Below, piece by piece: positions 13,935-23,513 of a DNA stretch of 64,000 nucleotides. The notes under the pieces are model-generated. The model ran no database searches and had not been told where the DNA came from. It worked only from the letters and a program-made list of their open reading frames with translations. The position numbers were made by a program, and so were the translations under genes. Numbering within the stretch: position 1 is the stretch's first letter; every line of letters starts with the position of its first letter. Source of the DNA: Marsupella aquatica (Eukaryota > Plantae > Marchantiophyta); the NCBI GenBank assembly GCA_973895155.1, contig OZ316899.1, forward strand, positions 2,255,573 through 2,319,572. The letters run 5' to 3'.

Positions 13935-16539
13935 TGCCTGGCACGCTTGCCAGAGCCGCCCAAGTGGGAGCGGCTATCCCGCCTCCTTCTGAGTCTGTCG
14001 GCATCCTGCTTGAGTAGCTGGACCTGGTCCAGCAGAGATTCGTTCTCCCGCTTTGCCGTGTCCACCTCTTCCGCGGCCTCCTAGCATGCCTCCTCCAGTT
14101 GCTGGGTGTCACTCGTCAGCTTATCCACCAACTAGGCCTGTTTCGTGGCTTCTCCTTGAAGCCGCGCCACCTCTGTCTTCAGGGTGTCAATCTAGGCTGT
14201 GTCCCACTGAGATCTAGAGTTAGCTTCCTCTAGATCCTTTTGCCAACTGACGGTTTTTCCCTTCAAACCGTCAATCTTGGCCCAGAGCCGTGCAATCTCG
14301 GCGTCCTTTCCGAGCCCGGCCTATTCTGCTAAAGCTGCTCGGGCCCTAGCATTGGCAACCTGGTCCTCCGTGGCCATTACCTGAGGCCGTAGTTGCTGGA
14401 GTCCAGCCTCCAGGGTTGCCACTTTGTTCTCCAGGTAGGCAGACTCAACCCGATATCGCTCTATTCTCTGCGCTATCTCTGCTTGCGCATGTCCTACCCT
14501 TACAGCCGCAACCAACTCCTGGTTGAAGAAGTAGGCCACCCTCCGGGCCATGTATTCCCCGGTGTCCCAAGAGATCTGTTGCAAGAAATCTCCCAACAAC
14601 CCATTCAGAAATGTGCCCGGCGCAAAGAGTTCCGGATGATCTAGACTGTGTCCATCTGGATTCGGGCACGGGCAGACTCCAACCTGAGCGGGAGTAGGAG
14701 AGGACACATCCAGCCCTTGAGGTAAGTCGGTTGAAGGGGCTGGTTCCACTGGAGGTGGGCAGTTCTCCCGCACCACCGCGGGGGGTGGCGGAATCCCCTC
14801 GGCTACCGTGGCATCTGCTTTGGGTATGGTTCCATCCGGCCCGGCTTCCATTGCATTGTCCCGATTGATCACGTTTAAGGTTGCGATAACGTCAATGGGT
14901 ATGCCTAGCGGGGCGGCAGCGGCGAGTTGCGGGCCCGGGGTAGCAGGACTTGCAGTTGCCGGACTTTGGGCCTCGGGCTGCGGTCGCCTCACCTGGGCTG
15001 GGAACACCCATTTTGGCAGGGTCAGCTCGGGCTCGTTGAGATGCGGGAGGCTCTGGCGGTCAAAACAAGCGTACCACTTGATGATGATTTTGATGTGGCT
15101 AGCGAAGTATGCCCTTCCGCCAAGGTACAAAGTCTTCCTTCTCCGCTCCATCTCCTCGTGGAACTTCTTGACGAAGAAGGACGCCCACTTCGTGGGCCAA
15201 TAGTTCTCTACTTGGATGACCTGAGCGGCCGATATTTCTCCTCTGGGTTCCATCATGTGGAGGGCATACCGCTGGAACTCCAGGCGTTTTGCTACCTCTG
15301 GGATGAGGCACGTCCTCATTAAGAACCCATTATCCACTACCCCCTTGGCCGAGAAACTAGAGGACTGGTATTTAGCTCCCTTGCCCCCAGGAGCCCGCGA
15401 CTCTACTCGGTTTATCCCCTCGGGTAAACCAAAAATCATCTTTAGACGTGCCTCTTGAGACACATCACTCTCCCGTGCGCTCGGGTTTGTTGACGGGCCT
15501 CGTCGAAGTTCTGAATGAACTCCAACATATCTTGTCCGTAGTACCTGCTTGAGTTCCAAGGGAGAGAGGCGAGGTGCTCAAACCCTTGGGTCTTCAGATA
15601 GCATGCATGCTTGGAGTGGAGGATGTTCTTGTGAACATTGTCCCCCATGCGATGCATGGTCAGCTTGGCTACCGCAACCGTGGCCAAAGGCAACCCGGAT
15701 ACGGCTGCGGGCTCCTTCCTCTTCCTACCCCGAGACTGATTCCCGGGGTGACTAGAAGAGGGGGACACCTCTCCTTCCTCTCGGTCAGGTGGTGGTAGCG
15801 CGACTGCCGTGAGTATTGGTGTCGGGGCCGCTAGAGTTACCGTGTTATCCCCTTGGGCTTGCTAGAGTGGTGTTAGGTTGTTCGGCGCTCGTTGAGTCGT
15901 ACCCCGCGGCCGTCGATTCAGAGGAGGGTGAGCCTCCTCGTCTTTGGAGCTAATATTTACCGCATTCACCATGGATCATACTCGGAGAGGTGGTGGAACC
16001 GGTGGTGGGGACCGGCTTGGCTGAGGCCGAGGAGGTGTAGGTGCGGGTATGGGCACGGGTTGGCCGGCACTGGTCGTTGATGGTAGAGTTGCCATGAAGT
16101 TCTGCAGGTGCCGATGGAGGTTTTCTGAAGCAAGTGAAGACGGCCTTGTCGATCGGGCAGTGTTGAACTCGCTATTGATGATAGTCCAGACTTGAGCGGG
16201 GATGTGGTCAAAGTGGTGCCGCTACAAGTCGATCGTGCTCGAGATATTGAAGACCTCGTCCGGAAGCCGAAGCAATGCCTCCTAGAAGCCGATGTATTTT
16301 CCTCCGTCGAAGAAGTACCCTAATACTTCTTTGGGTCGGTAAAGCTCGCTCTGGGACGGGTAATCAAAGTTAAGGAGATAGTGGTGTCATCCTGCTAGGC
16401 GGATGGCTCTCTTGTATTCGCGTTCGATCTCGTATCGGCACGGGTTGGAGTGTTTCAATGAGTCGGCCAAGTGCCCTCCGATAGACAGGAACTGAGTCCA
16501 GAATTGTATGGCCAAACTAGAAAGTATTGTGTGTGACAT
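13935..16539 (-). pseudogene. LTR-internal accessory gene of D (about 860 codons; several stops and a frameshift near 15460; 3' end approximate)
   Basis: ATG at 16539; core LKTQGFEHLASLPW...DMLEFIQNFD...RLKMIFGLPEG...NGFLMRTCLIPEV; coiled coil at 13.95-14.5 kb; basic tail RLRRRRDSRS. Confidence 0.75.
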
Positions 16540-16639
16540 TTAGAGGAGATAGCAGGTGACTAAGGAAAAAGCTAGAGAGTCGGGGTCGAAGCTGGCGCGT
16601 GGACTGAAGAACTGGTGCACTGCAAAGGATCGGCCCCCT

Positions 16640-16647
16640 TTTATACC
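16640..16647 (-). promoter_or_regulatory. TATA box upstream of the D accessory ORF
   Basis: GGGTATAAAAGGGGG on the minus strand, about 100 nt before the ATG. Confidence 0.55.
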
Positions 16648-17013
16648 CTGAGAGCTCGTCGATCGCCTAACGCCTCCTCGCCACTTATAGGCCAAGCCTT
16701 TCACGCTCGCAGTGTACCGGCCCCTTTGCCAGTCCGGGTCAGCTCGTGTCAGTGGCTGCCTCTCGGAGTTCGTTATACGGACCCAAGGGAGGGGGAAAGG
16801 GGGCCCATTACACGCTCGCAACCCGGGCGTGCGAATGGCGACCCGTCGCCAGCCCGAACATGAATTCCCCTTATTGACTAATGATTTCCTACTCATAATG
16901 GCTACCTAAATACTGTCATTATGCTAATAATAACGGCCTAAGATACCTCTAACGCGCGTACTAAGCGCGATTAGACCAAATCACTCATTACCCGCCGTAC
17001 GGGCGCCGTCACA

Positions 17014-17600
17014 ATCTTTGTTGTGCGTGAACATTGCGGGATGGGTGTGATTTCCAACATGCATGGCAACACAAGACTTGTGACAGTAATTAACATCGTC
17101 CTTGGTTGGAGTGATGTAGTACATCTCACTTGGGCATCCAACTATACACCTGGGAGGCCTTCTACAAAAGCTACAAATTATACTCAATGCGGGAACGTCA
17201 CATCCAACAGGGAAAGGTAGCTCATTTGTGCCTGCTCAATCTTGGGTCCACTTTGCAAAAGTGTGCTCTTTGCGCTCCTCAAAATTCTCAAATCTCTATG
17301 CAGATAACGCAGAGAACCCAAACACTTCACAGTTTGGATCTTGTAAGAGTGACTATTGTTGTTTAGCTTTGGGCCAATATTTGCTCCTATCTCAATCAAC
17401 CTGCTCCACATGTAATAATAGTTCTTCCACTCCATCCCCCAAAAGAAACACCCCTTCGAGTATGGACCTGTAAAAGGTGGCAACTCAAAAACATGGTCTC
17501 CATCATACACTTCTGGCAATTGTTGAACTCTCTCCGGCAATTTTGTGCTCAAAATCTTACAAGCAGCCTGTACACATCAAGAGGTCCCTTTCCCGTGTAG
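17014..17600 (-). pseudogene. DNA-transposase-like gene, second fragment, with a WRKY/GCM1-like Cys/His zinc domain
   Basis: VQQLPEVYDGDHVFELPP...KCLGSLR...(frameshift)...CSFCRRPPRCIVGCPSEMYY...HVGNHTHP; resembles my recollection of MULE-like proteins from bryophytes and ferns. Confidence 0.6.
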
Positions 17601-17788
17601 TGTGATGCCGTGCCAGGATCACGAAGTACTTAGTTAAGCCTAAAATAATGGCTAAATAAAGATTAGGTAGATATAATTAGGGAGTTATAAAGATCGAAGC
17701 CGATTTCAATATGTTTGGGGGAAATTGTGATGGGATTTGATCCAACGGTCGTGATTAAGTGGGATTCGGGTTATGACCTAATCAGGGC

Positions 17789-18804
17789 TTGATCACGCAA
17801 GCCATAAGGAGGCGGCTTCGTAAGGAGGGGACCGACACTCTGTACACTAGTGCAATTGCTTGTTCGATCAACCTAGGGAATCAGCTGCCGATCGAACGGG
17901 GGAGGTGGTTTGAGAAATTGCGCAGGTTCTTGGCATTCGGTGGAATGAACATGGTGAATCAGGTAGGGAAGTTTTGGGGCTGTTTGCTTGAAGAAGCAAG
18001 GCAGCTGATACCTACATATGAAGACGTTAAGCCGGAGCGCGCAGCCAAAGAACGAGCAGAGCTTGCGTGATATGGGCAATTCACAAATCGGCATTCGTAG
18101 ATACGGAGGAGGTATTGGAAAAGTTCTTGTGGACACCCACCAGTGCGGAGCTTGACGAATTGCTAATTCGGGAGAATAAGGTCGTGGGGATCAGGGAGGC
18201 AATCAAGAACGTCGGGCAACCACTTTGGGAATTGAAGGGTCACACTGCAAAGTGGACAAAGGCAACTATTCTTGGGGAGTATTCAGGCACTGAAGAGATG
18301 AAGCGCAAGGGAGGTTCGGCATCTGCAACTCCAGCAAAGCGAACTAGGTTGGAGAGACCAATCAAGATGGAATCCGGGCCAATTAGAGATCGGGCTGTAG
18401 AAGATAAAAACATGACAGGGTGGGCGAACAGGTTACCTGCCAATTTACAATTATAGTTCGCAAGAGATGAGGATGAGGTCTTCAGTGCCGTTCAGGATAA
18501 CAAATATGCAGGATATATGAATGACACTGGGTTGGAGGGCTTTGTCAGGTTGCCCTGGAGAATGGTAGACATACCGGATGAGGATCTGTTGGACTTTGTG
18601 GGATGCTGGGAGGCTTCTTCCAACACAACGCTGCTGTATGGAAAGGTGTTCAAATTAACTCCTGCGCTTATCGAAGCCGTGTTCACTTTACCAACAGGAA
18701 GGAAAACAAAGGTGGAGCAGAGGAAGACGTTGCCAGACGACCAGTTCAGGTCATTTCCAGGGCCTTCCACTAAGAATGGGTTTTTTAGGAATCAGGAGTT
18801 ATGA
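17789..18804 (+). pseudogene. LTR-internal accessory gene of B, 5' LTR copy (stops, truncated by deletion)
   Basis: FWGCLLEEARQLIPTYED...MNDTGLEGFVRLPW...DLLDFVGCWE...FPGPSTKNGFFRN, homologous to the C ORF. Confidence 0.85.
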
Positions 18805-19634
18805 TATCAGTGTTATGATATCTGTTGCTTGATCGATTAAAGTCAGATAGGGTGAACTGTTGAGCAAAATACAATCGCATTGCCTTGATTGGAGACTGCC
18901 CAAATCAAACTCTGAGAGAATAGTGAGGATTGAGAGTGTTAGTCGGTGAAGTGTGGGTTGAGTCAGTCTGAAAAAGACCTTCAGCCGGCTTAAGAAATTA
19001 AGCCGTAGAGGTACATTCCGGGGGCGAAATACAAATATACCTGAAGAAGTTAAAGAGGAATTAGGTGTCTCAGTTGTGCACAATTCACAAGCCCAGTGAA
19101 AGAATCGGTCTGGTAAGTGTGGACCCAAGGAGAGTGTGACGGGTACCCCGTCACGGGAAGTCACACATAACTGGTTGCAAAGGCCGATACCTTGTTAATA
19201 GTCAATGTAAATAAGCCATTTTTTAATTTTTAGTTAATTCCGTCATTATAGGTTGATGATGCCCCAGGTGACTTTATATTCTTTCTCTCATAATAGTTCT
19301 AAGATTTGCGGCGACCTAAGTGGGCAAATATTTTGGGACCTTGAAACTAGCCAGGACCAGCCCCATAGGACTTACCGTTTTGCTTCAAGAGCTATTGTTG
19401 AGACCCCCATTGCAAAGTCAGGAGAGGGGGGGGTTTTTTTTTAAATAAATCCCTCCTCAGGAGGGCGAGTCCCATTAGTGGCCGTCCGAGAGAAAGAGGG
19501 GCTGCCTCGCGAGCCCATAGGGCTGCGTGCCCGGGCGATTAATGGGGCTCCGTGAGCTGAAGGGGCTGCCTCGCGAGCCCATAGGGCTGCGTGCCCGGGC
19601 AATTAATGAGGCTCCGCGAGCTGAAGGAGCGCAA

Positions 19635-19868
19635 GCGAGCGGGGGGGGGAGTTAAAGGGCCTCCCGCGAGCTGGGAGGATCACGCGAGCGGGGGGGAGTT
19701 AAAGGGCCTCCCACGAGCTGGGAGGATCACGCGAGCGGGGGGGAGTTAAAGGGCCTCCCGCGAGCTGGGAGGATCACGCGAGCGGGGGGGAGTTAAAGGG
19801 ACTCCCGCGAGCTGGGAGGATCACGCGAGCGGGGGGGAGTTGAAGGGCCTCCCGCGAGCCGGGAGGAA
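19635..19868 (+). repeat. 47-bp G-rich tandem repeat, 4 full copies plus 1 variant
   Basis: Unit GCGAGCGGGGGGGAGTTAAAGGGCCTCCCGCGAGCTGGGAGGATCAC; preceded by two copies of a unit of about 62 bp at 19500-19625. Confidence 0.95.
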
Positions 19869-20290
19869 TGGCCGCGCGCCCTGCATAGGGCCGCGCGCAG
19901 GAGGACGCAAGGGTAAGGCCCGAGAAATGGGCCGGGGCGCATGGCGAAGGCGCCAGGAGTTTTTTCGGTTCTATTTTTTTTTCCTTCCTTTTTCTTTCCC
20001 TCTTCCTTTTGCACGACCCTCTCATTGCCGAAAGCAAAAACGGGGTTCTTCTCTCTCTTGCCGGAAGCTCTCTCCAGATTCTAATTATTTTTGAAGCTCT
20101 CTCTTTCATGGTGGATTAGTGGGGCTTGCTGGCGTCATTCTTCCAGGCATTAGTGGCGGCCGCACGGAGTAGTGACGGGAAATTGAGAGAATTTAAGTGA
20201 TCGGGCTACGGGGGCTGTTTCGGGCCAGGGAATTGACATTGCCACGGGTGACGGGATTGGTGATTGAGAAATTGATTTCGGGATGCATGG

Positions 20291-22147
20291 ATGCTAGATC
20301 AACCAGAGTTTAGTGCGTCACGCATTCGGAGATACAAGGCTGCTTACCGTGACTACGTGGAGACTCGGATTACACGGGAAAGGGAAGAGAGAGAAGTTAT
20401 GATGAGCACGGGATTGGCAGCGGGTTCCTCACCGGTGGGTAGGAAGATTTTTCGTCGAATTTATCCCAAGACCTCCACCAAGGTGATGGAGGATTGTCGG
20501 AACATTTTCCAAGCCACCGGGCTTACAGAATTCATGAAGGTGGAGATTACCATCCCTTCAGGGAAGAGCTGGGACATTGAGGCCGGGATGGAGTTCCGAA
20601 CGGAGGGAATCTACTTTGAATGTCTCAAACGTGTAGTGCCCCATGTGGAGTTGGCTAAGCTATTGTTTCTTGAGAATCAGAAATTCTCATTCACACCTCG
20701 GAATATCAGGGGAGAACTCACGTTGAAAATGGTGGCCACTTGGGTGACCAATCCTACCTCCACCACCGCCATCCCTCTTTCTGCTGTCAAGGATGTTGAG
20801 TATAAGGGCTTCCTGGCCAAGGTGCATCAACGGGTTCTTGGCAACGTGCAATCCGGAGTGCTGAATGAGGAGCATTTCGTGGTAGCTATGGACATCAAGA
20901 ACTACCCAGCCCATGTGTACGGATGGTGGTGCTACGGATTGAAGAAGCTATTGGCCGCTGAGCCCGGGAGTGTGAAACCAGGTGGGGCTGTACATTTGAT
21001 GGGGTCATTTGTATTGGCCAGGGCAGAAGGGTTGATTGGTTCTCCGGGGCATGAAGACACGGGATCATCTCTCACCACGGAGATCCGGAGTATTGCCACT
21101 ACCGTTTTAGGGAAGCTCACGGAGGAATCATTGTCTGCTGGTGGGGAGGATAATAGAGAAGAAGAGAACCAGGAGGATGATTGCACATTGGAGTGGCTTG
21201 AATCACTCGTGGGAGATCCGAAACAGCCTCTGGAATACAACATTCCGGATGTTTACTTGGCAGAGCTACGGGATTTCAGAGAGGGAGTCCACGAGGGACT
21301 CAAGCTAGTCCACGCATTGAGGGAGTCTCTCAAGCACGCCACAGTCAAAGTAGAGACGTTAGAGCAGAGCATCCTGTCACTGAAGGAGGTGATCAAGACC
21401 AAGGAGCAGACCATTCATGAGAAGGTCAGGCACATCAATGCAGCTCACGTAGAGATCACCAACTTGAAGGGAGCTTTGTCCACCAAGGCCAAGGAAGCAG
21501 AAGAAGTAGGAGCGTTGAGGCAAGCATTGGCCAAAGAGAAGCAAAATTCTGGAGAAGTGATGGAGTGGAGGAACCAGGTGGGAGCACTACGGAGTCAGGT
21601 GGCAGCCTTTGAGACACGAGCGAAGAGAAGTGAGGCCCTGAGTCTAGGGAAACGGAAGAGTCCCGGCACACCTGGCTCCACACTTTCCCCGGATGTGATC
21701 TCCCAAGCTATCGAGATGGTGGTGAAGGAGGTTAGTGGGAAGTATGGACCCTTGTTGGATGGAGCCAAGAAGAGTCAGGAGAAGAGTAAGAGCTTGGAGA
21801 AGAAGCTCCGGGAGGTACGGAAATCGTTACGGGAGGCTCAGGTCAGTACGGGGATGCCACCCAGGTCTGTCACCCCCGGGACTCCCATGGCCACGGGGCA
21901 AGTTCTACCGTTGGAGTTGCGGTCCGGAGAAGAGGCTACCCTCTGGAAGGACACAATTGGTGAGGGGTACATCAAGGCGTGGCAGGCCTTGGCTGCTTTG
22001 AGGAAGCGCGGGAGCAGCAGCACTAAGAGTACTCCGTCGAAGAAGAAGAAAAGTACGGTGGCACTCACTCCCGTGAGTGATGAGGAGGAGGACCACTCAC
22101 GGGGCACAAGTCCGGGCACCGAGAGCGAAGAAGAAGAGGAGGATTAG
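20291..22147 (+). CDS. 618-aa accessory protein encoded inside A's 5' LTR (plant-transposon-protein-like N domain, coiled coil, basic/acidic tail)
   Basis: Intact ORF; FQATGLTEFMKV aligns weakly with the B/C/D core; heptad-rich region at about aa 325-520; SKKKK and poly-E tail; no obvious transmembrane segment. Confidence 0.8.
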   Translation: MLDQPEFSASRIRRYKAAYRDYVETRITREREEREVMMSTGLAAGSSPVGRKIFRRIYPKTSTKVMEDCRNIFQATGLTEFMKVEITIPSGKSWDIEAGMEFRTEGIYFECLKRVVPHVELAKLLFLENQKFSFTPRNIRGELTLKMVATWVTNPTSTTAIPLSAVKDVEYKGFLAKVHQRVLGNVQSGVLNEEHFVVAMDIKNYPAHVYGWWCYGLKKLLAAEPGSVKPGGAVHLMGSFVLARAEGLIGSPGHEDTGSSLTTEIRSIATTVLGKLTEESLSAGGEDNREEENQEDDCTLEWLESLVGDPKQPLEYNIPDVYLAELRDFREGVHEGLKLVHALRESLKHATVKVETLEQSILSLKEVIKTKEQTIHEKVRHINAAHVEITNLKGALSTKAKEAEEVGALRQALAKEKQNSGEVMEWRNQVGALRSQVAAFETRAKRSEALSLGKRKSPGTPGSTLSPDVISQAIEMVVKEVSGKYGPLLDGAKKSQEKSKSLEKKLREVRKSLREAQVSTGMPPRSVTPGTPMATGQVLPLELRSGEEATLWKDTIGEGYIKAWQALAALRKRGSSSTKSTPSKKKKSTVALTPVSDEEEDHSRGTSPGTESEEEEED

Positions 22148-23278
22148 ATAGGCGTACGGACGTGGGTGTACGGCCTCCAGATTTCCAACATTTTAGTGGG
22201 GGGTCACTCATGGGCTTGTTGGGATGAGCTCGCGGAGCTGATTCCAACAAGAGGCGGCGCTCCTCAAACGGAGCCAGGATGAGCAAGTTATGGCCTGGAG
22301 AACTTATGTTTTTGCGGTACGGAAACGGCCATAACTCAGGGGTCTGAAGTCCGTTGAGGGAGCGACTTAGTGATTCGGAAGCAGGAAAAGAAGAGCTATC
22401 CAGGGGTGAGCTCAGGTGTGCACTTGGAAGGGCACCTAGTTTCGGCCATTTTGGGGTGCCTCTCACTTTCAGGGTTCACGTGTACTGTTGGGGCGCCGTC
22501 GAAGGCACCGTCGGCCCCCTTGTTTTGGGTTTAGGGTTTTAGCAGCATGTGTGTGCCGCATGCTCCTCTTCAGTTTAAGGATTTCTCTTAGTGCAAGGTT
22601 TTAGCGGCGCCGCTAGGGTAGCCGCCACCGTTGTGACCCTGTGAGGGGTGCTTTGGTGTGATTTTTCAGTATTTAGGGGGATAGCCCCGAAGTAGTTAGG
22701 GGGACTCAGTGTGAAGTTAGCAAGGAGGGATAGAGTGGAGCCTGAGGAGTTTGAAAGCGTGTTCAGAGTAGTGAGGGGGAGCCATACTCATTGTCCGGAG
22801 AGGCAGGAGTTGAGTAGACGGCAGGAGGCCGGGTTACTCATGCAATGTGTATCGTTTTTCCCAAGAGATATGGATCTGTACATTTGACTTGATGGGCTTT
22901 TGTTGTGTGTTCCTTCTCCCTTTTTCGCTTTCCGAATTGTGTTCTCCCGTTCTATGATTTGAAGAAACTTGCTTGGTTTGAGTCGGCCTTGTGAGTAGGG
23001 GTGGTGACAGCACTCTTTGGGTGACTCCGAGTGAAGGTGTAGTGGGGTAGTCGGCAGGACTTGATCAAAAGCTGTGGGGTGAGGGTAGTCGGTAGACTTG
23101 ATCAAAACCTACATTTCCGGGAGCGGAAACCAAAATACTCATCCTGGTGTGAAAAGAATCCAAATAGCGTCCCTCCACGACCCCGTAATACGATACCAAC
23201 GGTTTAAGCGAAGAAAAGTGCGGTTTGCACGTATTAACCGTTGGAGAGGCAAGTGACATAAGTGTGGTCTTTTGTTTT

Positions 23279-23297
23279 TGGCGCCGCTGCCGGGGAA
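23279..23297 (+). other. PBS of A, tRNA-Asp-like
   Basis: TGGCGCCGCTGCCGGGGAA, 20 nt after the LTR end. Confidence 0.9.
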
Positions 23298-23513
23298 TCC
23301 TTCTTCTTGTTTGACGACACGAAGGAGGGGAGCTACGTCTATTGGGAGTTCAAACCTATCAACCACAACGCAACTTGCGACGGTTGATACGTGAGAAGTT
23401 TGTTGGTTACTTTGTTATTGTACGTCAACCACAACGCATCGTGCGACGGTTGATGTTTACAAATATTGCTTTCTGAGACATTGGTGTAAGTTTGGAATGC
23501 AGGTCTCAATGGG

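Larger units (their letters stand above)
13043..17013 (-). mobile_element. D: solo LTR, 3971 bp, TSD ATCTT
   Basis: Minus-strand ends TGTGAC...GTGACA; ATCTT at 13038-13042 and 17014-17018; no gag or pol inside; the flanking reading frame rejoins across it. Confidence 0.9.
19135..23258 (+). repeat. A 5' LTR, 4124 bp
   Basis: Near-identical to 29877-34143 (about 5 substitutions seen by eye, plus repeat-number difference). Confidence 0.97.

Noticed and set aside
18961-19046. Conserved LTR stem-loop as a hammerhead ribozyme (retrozyme)
   Set aside because: No CUGANGA plus GAAA core in the correct stem arrangement across copies
19774-20109. Short ORFs over the G-rich repeats (and copies at 30659-30994)
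   Set aside because: They are by-products of stop-poor GC-rich repeats
20291-22147. 618-aa ORF as an envelope glycoprotein or captured host gene
   Set aside because: No signal peptide or hydrophobic transmembrane stretch is evident and no host family was recognised; related ORFs occur in other LTR families here
22525-22541. GGGTTTAGGGTTTTAG as telomeric sequence
   Set aside because: Only about two units; better read as a telobox within the LTR
23279-23297. tRNA-like sequences as tRNA genes
   Set aside because: They are 18-19 nt antisense matches to tRNA 3' ends next to LTRs, that is, primer-binding sites
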